Assembly (NCBI GenBank): GCA_019636275.1
Contig: JAHBXY010000002.1
Coordinates: 56,213 to 120,212, forward strand
Length of the DNA stretch: 64,000 nucleotides
Source: Planctomycetota bacterium
Lineage (GTDB): Bacteria > Planctomycetota > J058
Direction: 5' to 3'
This document shows positions 9,903-18,868 of the stretch, in pieces; positions within the stretch are counted from its first letter, which is position 1; each line of letters starts with the position of its first letter. The notes beneath the pieces are model-generated. The model saw nothing but the letters and a program-made list of their open reading frames with translations, did not search any database and had not been told where the DNA came from. The translations under genes and the position numbers were made by a program.

Positions 9903-10310
9903 GTGAAGGCCAACCGCCCGGGCGAGGCGCTCCTCCGCGACGCCAGCGGCACCGTGTGGCGGCTGCCCTGGACGGCCGCGCCGGCGCGCACGTTCGCGCT
10001 CCCGACGGGGACCTACGCGTGGGTCACCTATCGACTCGTCGAAGACGTGTGGCACGTGTCCGTCACCGGTCAGCTCGCGACCGTCGAGGTCAAGGCGGAC
10101 GGGACCGCCCCGCTCGAGGCGCAGGACGTGATCAAGATCCGTCTCCGAGGCTCGGCTCGTCCGGGTGGTGTCCAGGTCGACGCGGGGCTCTCTGGTGCCG
10201 CGCGTGGTGGCATGTCGCTCTATCGCGACGGTCGTCGCGTCGCGCTCACGTGCCAGGTCTTCGACGAGTCTGGCGGCGAGCTCGGGAGCGCACCCCTGCG
10301 CTATGGGTGA
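9903..10310 (+). CDS. hypothetical protein in the same frame as the upstream cytochrome-like ORF (coding signal starts at 9783, right after the TGA)
   Basis: High GC3 from 9783 to 10310. No ATG before 9903 (a possible GTG at 9897); ends with a second in-frame TGA. Confidence 0.35.
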   Translation: MKANRPGEALLRDASGTVWRLPWTAAPARTFALPTGTYAWVTYRLVEDVWHVSVTGQLATVEVKADGTAPLEAQDVIKIRLRGSARPGGVQVDAGLSGAARGGMSLYRDGRRVALTCQVFDESGGELGSAPLRYG

Positions 10311-10322
10311 GGCGGCGGTGGT

Positions 10323-10496
10323 ATGGCCTCGGTGAGGCCAACGAAAGCTGACCGTCCTGCCCGGCTCCGGCTCGTGTTGCCCGAGGGCGTCCCGTTCCCG
10401 ATCGAGGGTGCGGTCGAGGTCGAGATCGGAGCCCCGTCGGCGGGTGGTCACGGCGGCGGTGGTCACGGCGGCGGCGGCCACGGTGGCGGCCATTGA
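10323..10496 (+). CDS. small ORF ending in a His/Gly-rich tail (GGHGGGGHGGGGHGGGH), same frame again
   Basis: 57 codons; the tail resembles the C-terminus of the 96..812 metal-binding protein. Confidence 0.25.
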   Translation: MASVRPTKADRPARLRLVLPEGVPFPIEGAVEVEIGAPSAGGHGGGGHGGGGHGGGH

Positions 10497-10598
10497 GCTG
10501 ATCGAGCGACGGAGGACCCGGGCTGACCGGGTCCTGCGCCGCTTCATCGACCCGCGTCAGGATGTCAGGTGCGCGGTTGGGGTACGATCGCTGACGTC

Positions 10599-11162
10599 AT
10601 GACGACTCCGCACGCGCACGACCACACGGCGACGCCCGACGTGACCAGGACGCTGGTCGAAAATCACGCCCGCTTCCTCGCGTTCCTCACGCCTCGGCTC
10701 GGCTCTCGCGAGGCCGCCGAGGACGTGCTCCAGGCCGCGCTCGTGAAGGGGCTCGAGAAGCAGGACTCGGTCCGCGACGAGGAGAGCACCGTCGCGTGGT
10801 TCTTCCGCCTCCTCCGCAACGCGATCACCGATCACTACCGCCGCCGCGGCGCCGAGGACAGAGCGATTCCCCGCGCGGCGGCGGACGCAGAGGCGATCGT
10901 CGACGACGAGCCGCTGCGGGCCGAAGTGTGCCGCTGCGTGCACGACCTCGTGCCGCTGCTGAAGCCCGAGTACGCCACCATGGTCCGGCGCGTGGATCTC
11001 GAGGGCACTCCGCTCCAGGCGCTCGCGACCGAGCTGGAGATCACGCCGAACAACGCCGCGGTGCGACTGCACCGCGCGCGCGCGGCGCTGAAGAAGCAGC
11101 TCGAGGCGTCGTGCGGCACGTGCACCGAGCACGGTTGCCTCGACTGCACGTGCCGCGACTGA
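10599..11162 (+). CDS. ECF sigma-70 family factor with a C-terminal Cys-rich extension (CGTCTEHGCLDCTC), CorE-like metal-responsive sigma factor
   Basis: Sigma region 2/4 motifs (FLAFLTPRLGSREAAEDVLQAALVKGL; LQALATELEITPNNAAVRLHRARAALKK); Cys-rich tail as in copper-regulated ECF sigma CorE of Myxococcus. Confidence 0.7.
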   Translation: MTTPHAHDHTATPDVTRTLVENHARFLAFLTPRLGSREAAEDVLQAALVKGLEKQDSVRDEESTVAWFFRLLRNAITDHYRRRGAEDRAIPRAAADAEAIVDDEPLRAEVCRCVHDLVPLLKPEYATMVRRVDLEGTPLQALATELEITPNNAAVRLHRARAALKKQLEASCGTCTEHGCLDCTCRD

Positions 11163-11228
11163 CGAGTGACCTGTGCGCCTCGCGAGAGGACGGCGCCGGG
11201 TGCGGTCGCACCCGGCCCTTGCACCGGG

Positions 11229-11435
11229 CTACTTCTTCTCGTCGTTGATCGGGCAGCAGCAGGGCGAGATCTCCTCGCCCGTGAGCGGGCAGATGATCGT
11301 GTCCGTCTGCTGCGCCGACGTCGTGGGCGCGACCGCGGCCACGGGCTCGGTCGAGACCGGCCGGGTCGCCGCGTAGATCGCAGGTCCGCCCGCAGCGGCC
11401 GCCACAGTGAGAGCAACCAGCACCTTCGTCATCAT
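11229..11435 (-). CDS. small secreted Cys-rich peptide (signal peptide; ICPLTGEEISPCCCP), putative metal-binding/chaperone-like
   Basis: AAGGAGG RBS; ATGA overlap with the upstream MerR gene; 68 aa. Confidence 0.5.
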   Translation of the reverse strand: MMTKVLVALTVAAAAGGPAIYAATRPVSTEPVAAVAPTTSAQQTDTIICPLTGEEISPCCCPINDEKK

Positions 11436-11881
11436 TCAGCCTCCTTCGTCTTCCTGCGCCGAGTGGCGCGCTTGGTCCCTGGCTCGACCGGTGTCGCGCC
11501 TTCGAGACGGTTCATGATGGAGCAGGCGGTCGAGGGACCGCTGCCGGAGCAGCCGGCGATCAGCTTCACGAGCCTTCGTTCGAGCGTCCGAAGACCTGCG
11601 ATCCTCTGCCGGACACGGTCCAGCTTTCCGCGGGCTCGTTCGCGCACTTCCCTGGCTGTCCCAGGTCCGGCGCGAAGAGCGAGGAGATCGACGATCTCCT
11701 TCAGCGTGAAGCCCAGCGCCTGCGCCTCCTTCACGAAGCGCAGCCGCTCGGCATCACCGTCGTCGTACTCGCGATAGCCACCCCCGCCGCCGCGAGGGTC
11801 CGGCAGCAGCCCGCGGCGCTCGTAGTAGCGCACGGTCTGCACGTTGACCCCGCAGCTGCTGGCCAGCTCTCCGATCTTCAC
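11432..11881 (-). CDS. MerR-family metal-responsive transcriptional regulator (CueR/HmrR-like)
   Basis: N-terminal HTH (IGELASSCGVNVQTVRYYERRGLL), dimerisation helix, C-terminal metal-binding loop CSGSGPSTAC; GTG start. Confidence 0.8.
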   Translation of the reverse strand: MKIGELASSCGVNVQTVRYYERRGLLPDPRGGGGGYREYDDGDAERLRFVKEAQALGFTLKEIVDLLALRAGPGTAREVRERARGKLDRVRQRIAGLRTLERRLVKLIAGCSGSGPSTACSIMNRLEGATPVEPGTKRATRRRKTKEAE

Positions 11882-11900
11882 GACGACAGCGTACGCCCTC

Positions 11901-13680
11901 TACCTAGTTCCTGGCCGAGCACCAGGAAGTCCGCTTCGCAGGCTGGAGTCCTGGCGCCAGGTCGCGCCCATCTGGCCCATCCAAAAACCAAACATCGGAG
12001 GTAGAGGAGCGGCTCGCCGTCGGCGGCGAGGTGTATGGAGAGGTTTGGAACGACAACCCCAAGCCCCACACACCGAGGCGAGCCATGCGACGAACGATAC
12101 CGAAGCAGCGCCGACTGTTCACCCCCCTTGTCGAGGACGCGCTCTCCGAGGAGCTGGTAGAGATCGACGAGCTGATCCGTCTTCACCCCGAGTGGGAGGA
12201 GTGGATCCTGGAGGACCTCACGAACAGGAGGCGCGGCCGTGCGCGGCGCGGGCGTGAGGGCATGGGGCCCGATCTGGTGCTGCGGCTCCAGTTCCTCAAG
12301 CATCGGCTCGACGTCTCGCTCCGGAAGCTGTCGAAGATCGTCAATGACTCCGTCGGCTTTCGCGAGTTCCTGGGCCTCGGGGTCGAGGACCGTGCGCCGA
12401 AGCGCTCGACGATGCAGGACAACCTGGCGAAGGTCCGGCCCGAGACGTGGGGGAAGATCCTCCACTCTCATGTCCAGTCGCAGGAGCTGCGCGAGTTCGA
12501 GTCCGGTGACAAGCAGCGCGTCGACGCGACGGTCGTGAAGGCCAACATCCACCCTCCCTCCGACTCGTCGTTGCTCTGGGACGGCGTGCGGACGTTGACC
12601 AGGCTCATGAGCCAGGCGCGCCAGCTCTTCCCCGAGGTCGAGTTCGAGGACCGCAGCAAGCAGGCGAAGCGGCTTCAGTCGAAGATCTACTGGGCCCGCC
12701 GAAAGGAGCAGCGCCGCCCCGCATACGAGGCTCTGTTGAAGGAGGTGCGCTTCGTCGACACCCAGGCCGAGCGCGTGATCACGTCGCTGGAGACCGTCCG
12801 GACTCGCTCGGTGCAGGACGGCGTTCTCCGCGACGCGTTGGCCTCGGAGCTCCGTCGGTACCGCGGCCTCACCGCTCGCGTGATCGACCAGACCGAGCGG
12901 CGGGTCGTGCGGGGCGAGACGGTGCCACCCGGCGAGAAGCTGTACTCGATCTTCGAGCCTGAGACGGACATGATCGTCAAGACGAAGAACCGGCCGCCGG
13001 AGTTCGGGCACAAGGTCACGTTCACCATGGGCGTGCACTTCGTCCTCGACTGCGTCGTCGAGCGTGGGAACCCGGCGGACGTGACCCTCGCCGTGCGCCA
13101 GGTCGAGCGCCAGACGGCGCTCCGCGGGAAGGCTCCCGAGCAGGTGGCCTTCGACGGGGGCTACGCGTCAGCGGCGAACCTGGAAGCGATCAAGGCGCTT
13201 GGCGCCGAGCGCTGCGCGTTCAGCAAGGGCCGCGGCCTCACGCCCGTCGACATGGCAGGTAGCCGACGAACGTTCGGCCGTCTGCGCAACTTCCGCGCAG
13301 GCATCGAGGGAAAGATCTCCTGGTTGAAGCGCGACTTCGGTCTCGGCCGGTGCACATGGAAGAGCTGGCCTCGGTTCAGCTCGTACGTGTGGTCGGCTTG
13401 CTTCGCCGCGAACCTGAGCAAGCTCGCTCGGTTGAGGCTGAGCGCGACGGCAGCGCCAGCCAAGCGCGCCGCGTAGCCCATCGTCGCAGATCCGCCTCGC
13501 AGGCCCCCTTCCTGGGAGAGAGTGCGTACTCGTAGCCGCGACAACGAACGGAAGCGCCTCGAATACGGCTCAGCAGGCCGAGGAACTGTCTGCGAGCGCG
13601 CCGGCACACTCCAGCGGCCGGGTGGTCGCCGGCCTGGAGGCCGCGCCCCAGGCCGATTTCGGCCAGGAACTACCTAGGTA
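11901..13680 (+). mobile_element. IS element (IS5/IS1182-like), ~1.78 kb, imperfect terminal inverted repeats tacctag(gta)ttcctggccga
   Basis: IRL 11901-11918 and IRR 13659-13680 are reverse complements; single DDE transposase ORF; left end sits 20 bp upstream of the MerR start codon. Confidence 0.65.
12031..13476 (+). CDS. DDE transposase (IS5/IS1182-like family)
   Basis: Motifs AFDGGYASAANLE, FGRLRNFRAGIEGKISWLKRDFGL; the antisense ORF 11878..13038 is rejected. Confidence 0.7.
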   Translation: MYGEVWNDNPKPHTPRRAMRRTIPKQRRLFTPLVEDALSEELVEIDELIRLHPEWEEWILEDLTNRRRGRARRGREGMGPDLVLRLQFLKHRLDVSLRKLSKIVNDSVGFREFLGLGVEDRAPKRSTMQDNLAKVRPETWGKILHSHVQSQELREFESGDKQRVDATVVKANIHPPSDSSLLWDGVRTLTRLMSQARQLFPEVEFEDRSKQAKRLQSKIYWARRKEQRRPAYEALLKEVRFVDTQAERVITSLETVRTRSVQDGVLRDALASELRRYRGLTARVIDQTERRVVRGETVPPGEKLYSIFEPETDMIVKTKNRPPEFGHKVTFTMGVHFVLDCVVERGNPADVTLAVRQVERQTALRGKAPEQVAFDGGYASAANLEAIKALGAERCAFSKGRGLTPVDMAGSRRTFGRLRNFRAGIEGKISWLKRDFGLGRCTWKSWPRFSSYVWSACFAANLSKLARLRLSATAAPAKRAA

Positions 13681-13760
13681 CCGAGTCAAGGCTCGAGTCG
13701 TGCGCGCACCAGCCCCTTGCCTCCACGACCGGCCTTCAAGTAGCTTAGCCACTAAGCGAG

Positions 13761-14339
13761 TTGCTGAGCTTCATGAAGCGCGATGCCACGAGCGTTCAGG
13801 CGTTGTCCGAGGAGATCGTGGGGCGCCTCGTGCGCCGGCACAGCACCGCCGCCGTTCTGTTTCACCACGCCCTGGCAGAGCGCCTGGGACTCGGGCCGAC
13901 GGACCACAAGTGCCTCGACCTGGTCCGCGAGCGCGGTGGAATGACCGGCGCCGAACTGGCCGCCATCACCGGCCTCACCAGTGGCGCGATCACCGGCGTG
14001 GTCGCTCGGCTGGAGCGCGCTGGATACCTCCGTCGTGAGCCCGACCCGAACGACGGCCGCAAGCAGCTCCTCTCCGCGGTCCCGGAGCGGGTGCGCGACC
14101 TCCAGCGGGTGTTCCAGCCCATCCGAGACGATGCCGCCGCGCTGCTGGAAGGCTTCGACAAACGCCAGCTCACGGCGATCGCCTCGTTCCTGATTCGGAG
14201 CACCGACTTCGCCTACCGTCACGCAGCCCACCTGCGGGCTCAGTCGCTCTCGAGCGCGACCGCCGCGCCTTCCCCGTCCACGACCGCGCCTCGCCGAGCC
14301 CCTGAGCGGCGAACGGCGCGGGCTGCTCGGCGACCTTGA
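13761..14339 (+). CDS. MarR-family transcriptional regulator
   Basis: wHTH region LTSGAITGVVARLERAGYLRREPDPNDGRKQLL; an alternative start is MKRDATS at 13773. Confidence 0.7.
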   Translation: MLSFMKRDATSVQALSEEIVGRLVRRHSTAAVLFHHALAERLGLGPTDHKCLDLVRERGGMTGAELAAITGLTSGAITGVVARLERAGYLRREPDPNDGRKQLLSAVPERVRDLQRVFQPIRDDAAALLEGFDKRQLTAIASFLIRSTDFAYRHAAHLRAQSLSSATAAPSPSTTAPRRAPERRTARAARRP

Positions 14340-14355
14340 GCGAGGCTCCCCTTCC

Positions 14356-14997
14356 ATGACGCCCCGTGTTCGCAAGCTGGCGCTCACTGCCCACGTCACC
14401 TGCTCGGTCGGCTGGCTCGGCGGCGTCGCGGCCTTCCTCGTCCTCGCCGTGGCCGGGCGCACCAGCCAGAGCGACGAGGTCATCCGCAGCGCCTACATCT
14501 CGTCGGACCTGATCGGCCGCTTCGCGCTCCTGCCCCTGAGCGTCGCCTCCCTGCTCACCGGCCTCGTCCTGGCGCTGGGCACTCCCTGGGGCCTGGTCCG
14601 GCACTACTGGGTGCTGACAAAGTTCGTGCTGACCGTCCTGGCCGCCGTCGGCCTCGTGTTGCACCAGTTCACCGCAGGCGCGGGGGCGGCGAGGCTCGTC
14701 TCCGGGGCGGCGGCAGGAACGTTGCCGGGCGCCGAGCTCCGCGCGCTGGGGACTCAGCTCGTCGTCGACGCGAGCCTGGCCCTGCTCGTGCTGCTCGCGA
14801 CCACGGCACTGTCCGTGTTCAAGCCGTGGGGCAGGACTCCCTATGGGAGACGTGAGCAGGGCGAGAGCGGCGAAGCGACCGCCACCTCCGGGGCAGGACT
14901 GAAGATCGCCCTGGCCGTCGTCGGGGTGATCCTTCTGGTCTTCGCCGTGTCGCACCTCGCAGGCGGGGGACTTCACGCCCATGGTGCAGGCCGCTGA
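14356..14997 (+). CDS. integral membrane protein (4 predicted TM helices), unknown function
   Basis: Hydrophobic segments in translation; high GC3. Confidence 0.5.
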   Translation: MTPRVRKLALTAHVTCSVGWLGGVAAFLVLAVAGRTSQSDEVIRSAYISSDLIGRFALLPLSVASLLTGLVLALGTPWGLVRHYWVLTKFVLTVLAAVGLVLHQFTAGAGAARLVSGAAAGTLPGAELRALGTQLVVDASLALLVLLATTALSVFKPWGRTPYGRREQGESGEATATSGAGLKIALAVVGVILLVFAVSHLAGGGLHAHGAGR

Positions 14998-15006
14998 GCT
15001 TGGGCC

Positions 15007-15555
15007 GTGATCCGGAGAGCGCCGACAGGTCGAATCGTGCTGGGGTTCGTGGCGTTCCTGGCCTGCTCGGCAAGAATGAGACCCATGGCGGCGCGACCCA
15101 GAGGACGGCCCTTCAAGACGACAGTCTTCAACGTGGGCACGGCGGTCATGGGAGCCTTGGTCGTCGCGCTGCTCTTGGTCAAGGCCGTTGGCCTCGTCCA
15201 ATGCTTCCGGTTCACGAGCGAGTTCACCGAGGCGGCGTCGCGTCATCTCGTCGGAGCGAGCGGCATCGACGTGGCGGCGATTGCGAGTGCGCGCGCGGCT
15301 GCGCGTGATGCGGCCGTCGCGCGGGGGGTCGAGCCCGAGAGGGTGCGCGTGAGTCTGCTCAGGGAGGACACGACCGATCGGGCCTACGCTCACGTCGTCG
15401 TGTTCGACCTGGAGGTCGAAGGCTGTGACGCGTCAGTACGGCGGCCCGTCGGCCGTCGGCTGTCACCGGAGGAGGTGGCCGCGCTGACCGAAGTGGGCGT
15501 GCACGAATGCGGCTCGTGCGTCAGCGGCCTCTCCCACCGACACGCGGACCACTAG
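15007..15555 (+). CDS. hypothetical protein (possible N-terminal membrane anchor)
   Basis: Moderate GC3; no recognised domain. Confidence 0.35.
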   Translation: MIRRAPTGRIVLGFVAFLACSARMRPMAARPRGRPFKTTVFNVGTAVMGALVVALLLVKAVGLVQCFRFTSEFTEAASRHLVGASGIDVAAIASARAAARDAAVARGVEPERVRVSLLREDTTDRAYAHVVVFDLEVEGCDASVRRPVGRRLSPEEVAALTEVGVHECGSCVSGLSHRHADH

Positions 15556-15572
15556 TCACCGCGCACGCTCGG

Positions 15573-15737
15573 TCAGTGGCCCGTCTTCGTCTCGGTGGTG
15601 GCCTGCGTCGTGACCGGGGCGCTCTCGTCGTGCCCCTCGTGGCTGTCATGGTCGTGACCGGCGTGGGGGTCGGACTTGTCGCCAGGGCAGCCGACGAGAG
15701 AGGACACGAGCAGACCGATGATCAGGTAACGCTTCAT
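15573..15737 (-). CDS. small His-rich lipoprotein (MKRYLIIGLLVSSLVGC...HAGHDHDSHEGHDES), putative periplasmic metal-binding
   Basis: GGAGAG RBS; ATG overlaps TGA of the upstream RND pump (ATGA). Confidence 0.6.
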   Translation of the reverse strand: MKRYLIIGLLVSSLVGCPGDKSDPHAGHDHDSHEGHDESAPVTTQATTETKTGH

Positions 15738-18700
15738 GGAACAGGCTCTCCTGCGTTGGGGTGGTCGGGGGTGGGTTCGGTCGGCGAAACGAGCTGCTCG
15801 GGCTTCAGGCGCGAGCAGAGCGCCGGCAGCACGAGCAGCGTGAGCAGCGTCGACGTGATCAAGCCGCCGATCACGACGGTCGCGAGTGGTCGTTGCACCT
15901 CGGCGCCAGCCGACGTGGCCAGAGCCATGGGCACGAAGCCGAGCGACGCGACGAGCGCCGTCATGAGCACGGGTCGAAGGCGAGCGTGCGCTGCTTCTCG
16001 CGCGGCCTGGTCGCCGGTCAGCCCTGCGGCCCAGCGGTGCTCGAGGTAGGACACGAGCACGACGCCGTTCAGGACCGCCACGCCGAAGAGGGCGATGAAG
16101 CCGACGCCGGCGGAGATCGAGAACGGGTAGCCGCGCAGGGCAAGCGCGAAGACCCCGCCCGTCACGGCCAAAGGCACGTTGAGGAAGATCAGCGCGGCGA
16201 GCTTGGCCGAGTGGAACGTGGTGTAGAGCAGCACGAAGATCAGGAGCAGGGCGAGCGGGACGAGGAGCTGCAGGCGTCCCATGGCGCTCTCGAGGTTCTC
16301 GAACTGGCCGCCCCACTCGACCGTCCAGCCGGCGGGGATTCGCACGCTCTTCTGCACGGCGGCCTGAGCGTCTGCGACCGCTGAGCCGAGGTCCCGACCG
16401 CGGACGTTCGCCTCGACCGTGATCCGACGGCTCACGGCCTCGCGGCTGATCTGCGCCGGACCCGTCTCGATCTGCATGTCGACGAGTTGTCCGAGGGGAA
16501 TCAGCGCAGGCGTGCCCTCGGGGCCCACGTCAGGGCCGCCGACGGGGAGGTCCTCGAGAGCGTGCAGCGTCTCCCGCACGTCCGAGCCGAAGCGCGCCTG
16601 GAGTTGAAAGCGCTGCTGGCCTTCGACGACCGTTCCGAGCGGCTTGCCGCCGATCGTCTCGATCACGTCGAGGACGTGCGTGGCGTCGATACCCAGGCGC
16701 GCGATCGCGTCGCGCTTCAGGCGGACGCGGAGGTAAGGCAGGCCGACCGTCTGCTCGGCCTTGGCCTCCTCGATCCCGGGGACGGCCGCGATCGCGCGCA
16801 CGACCTCGTCGGCGACGGACTTCATGCGGTTGATGTCGTCGCCGTAGATCTTGATGCCGATGTCCGAGCGCACGCCGCTGATCAGCTCGGACACGCGCAG
16901 CTCGATCGGCTGCGAGTAGCTGAACATGACGCCCGGCACGCGACGGAGGAGTTCCTTGTCCAGCGCGGCGATCAGCTCCTCTTTGGAGTCGAAGCGCCAC
17001 GTGTCGGGCGGCTCCAGGATGATGTAGGTGTCGCTGATCTCGACGCCCATGGGGTCGGTCGCGATCTCCGGGCGCCCCGTGCGCGACACGACGGTCTTCA
17101 CCTCGGGGAAGGTCTTCACGACCTTCTCCGCCTGCAGGCTGATCTCGTTCGACTGCTCGAGCGAGATGCTCGGGATACGCCAGATCTGCATGGCCACCGC
17201 GCCCTCGTCGAGCCGCGGAATGAACTCGGCCCCGAGGAACGGCGCCACGCACAGGCTGGCCACGAACAAGGCGAGCGCCGTGAGCCCGGTCACCCGAGGG
17301 TGGCGGAGCGTCCGCTCGAGCAGGGGCTCGTAGCGGCGCTTGGCGAAGCGGAAGAGGAGCGGCTCCTTCTCGCTGATCTTCTTCAGGAAGATCGACGCGA
17401 GCACGGGCATGAGCGTGAGCGCGCAGGCGAGCGAGACCAGGAGCGCGAACACCACGGTCAGCGCCATGGGCCGGAACATCTTCCCCTCGATCCCGCGCAG
17501 CTCGAGGATCGGCAGGTAGACGATCGCGATGATCCCGACGGCGAACACGACGGGGCGCGCCACCTCGTGGCAGGCGGCGCGCACCTTCTCGAGGTGGGGC
17601 CGCGGATCGTTCCTGTGGTGGTGCAGGTAGCGGATCACGTTCTCGATCAGCACGACGGACCCGTCGACGATCAGGCCGAAGTCGATGGCCCCGAGCGACA
17701 TCAGGTTGCCCGACAGGCCGGCATAGCCCATGGCCGCGAAGGCCCCGAGCATCGAGAGCGGAATGGCCGAGGCGACGATCAAGCCGGCGCGCACGCTGCC
17801 GAGCAGGAGCAGGAGCACGAGCACGACGAGCACGCCGCCCTCGATCAGGTTCTTGGCGACGGTGTGGATCGTTCGGTCGACCAGCTCCGTGCGGTCGTAG
17901 AAGGTGTCGATCTTCACGCCGTCGGGGAGCGTCTTCTGGATCTGCTGGATCCGTTCGTGCACGTCGCGGGCGACCGTCCGCGAGTTGGCCCCCATGAGCA
18001 TCATGACGATCCCGACCACGGCCTCGCGTTCGCCATCGCGAGTGACGGCGCCCTGGCGGATGAGCGGCGCGAGCTCGACAGAGCCCAGCTGACCGACGGT
18101 GACGGGCGTTCCGCGGTCGTCGTTGCCCACGACCACGCGCGCGAGGTCGTCGAGGTCCTGGATCAGGCCCTCGCCGCGGATCAGGTACTGCTCGCCCGCG
18201 TGCGCGATGTAGCCGCCGCCGACGTTGCGGTTGTTCTCCTCGATCGCCTGGAACACGCGATCCAGGGGGATTCCGTAGGCAACCAGCCGGTCGGGATCGA
18301 TCGTGGCCTGATACGTCTTCAGCTCGCCGCCGAAGGCGTTGACCTCGACGACGCCGGGCACGGAGCGAAGCTGGTAGTTGACGTGCCAGTCGAGGATCGT
18401 GCGCAGCTCCATGGGGGTCTTCCCCTCGCCGCGGACCTCGAACTGGTAGATCTCACCGAGGCCCGACGAGATCGGCCCCATCTCGGGCTCGCCGTAGCCC
18501 TCCGGGATCTGCTCGCGCGCGTCCACGAGTCGCTCGGCCACGAGCTGGCGGGCCCAGTAGATGTCCGTCCCTTCCTCGAACACGACCGTCACCGCCGAGA
18601 GGCCGAACTTCGAGACCGAGCGCACCTCCTCGAGCTTCGGGAGGCCCGACATGGCGGACTCGACAGGGAACGTGATGAACCGCTCCACCTCTTCGGGCGC

Positions 18701-18868
18701 CAGGCCGGGGCTGTTCGTGAGCACCTGCACCTGGACGTTCGTCACGTCCGGCACGGCGTCGATCGGCAGCTTGCCGAGTGAGCCGATCCCCACGCCGACG
18801 ACCATCAGCCAGGCGGCGATCACCATGAAGCGGTTGTCGAGCGAGAGGTCGATGATGCGGCCGATCAT
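15734..18868 (-). CDS. czcA: heavy-metal efflux RND permease (CzcA/CusA family), 1044 aa
   Basis: MIGRIIDLSLDNRFMVIAAWL...; canonical HME-RND length and TM pattern. Confidence 0.9.
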   Translation of the reverse strand: MIGRIIDLSLDNRFMVIAAWLMVVGVGIGSLGKLPIDAVPDVTNVQVQVLTNSPGLAPEEVERFITFPVESAMSGLPKLEEVRSVSKFGLSAVTVVFEEGTDIYWARQLVAERLVDAREQIPEGYGEPEMGPISSGLGEIYQFEVRGEGKTPMELRTILDWHVNYQLRSVPGVVEVNAFGGELKTYQATIDPDRLVAYGIPLDRVFQAIEENNRNVGGGYIAHAGEQYLIRGEGLIQDLDDLARVVVGNDDRGTPVTVGQLGSVELAPLIRQGAVTRDGEREAVVGIVMMLMGANSRTVARDVHERIQQIQKTLPDGVKIDTFYDRTELVDRTIHTVAKNLIEGGVLVVLVLLLLLGSVRAGLIVASAIPLSMLGAFAAMGYAGLSGNLMSLGAIDFGLIVDGSVVLIENVIRYLHHHRNDPRPHLEKVRAACHEVARPVVFAVGIIAIVYLPILELRGIEGKMFRPMALTVVFALLVSLACALTLMPVLASIFLKKISEKEPLLFRFAKRRYEPLLERTLRHPRVTGLTALALFVASLCVAPFLGAEFIPRLDEGAVAMQIWRIPSISLEQSNEISLQAEKVVKTFPEVKTVVSRTGRPEIATDPMGVEISDTYIILEPPDTWRFDSKEELIAALDKELLRRVPGVMFSYSQPIELRVSELISGVRSDIGIKIYGDDINRMKSVADEVVRAIAAVPGIEEAKAEQTVGLPYLRVRLKRDAIARLGIDATHVLDVIETIGGKPLGTVVEGQQRFQLQARFGSDVRETLHALEDLPVGGPDVGPEGTPALIPLGQLVDMQIETGPAQISREAVSRRITVEANVRGRDLGSAVADAQAAVQKSVRIPAGWTVEWGGQFENLESAMGRLQLLVPLALLLIFVLLYTTFHSAKLAALIFLNVPLAVTGGVFALALRGYPFSISAGVGFIALFGVAVLNGVVLVSYLEHRWAAGLTGDQAAREAAHARLRPVLMTALVASLGFVPMALATSAGAEVQRPLATVVIGGLITSTLLTLLVLPALCSRLKPEQLVSPTEPTPDHPNAGEPVP

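Noticed and set aside
9780-10310. Selenocysteine (UGA) recoding in the cytochrome-like frame
   Set aside because: Not asserted. I cannot confirm a SECIS hairpin or sel genes from this window, so it is kept as a hypothesis alongside pseudogene or sequencing error.
10420-10500. GGTCACGGCGGCGG-type short repeats as a CRISPR-like array
   Set aside because: They are in-frame codon repeats encoding (HGGGG)n, not spacer-separated direct repeats.
11878-13038. 386-aa minus-strand ORF inside the IS element
   Set aside because: Antisense to the DDE transposase, which has recognisable catalytic motifs; no features of its own.
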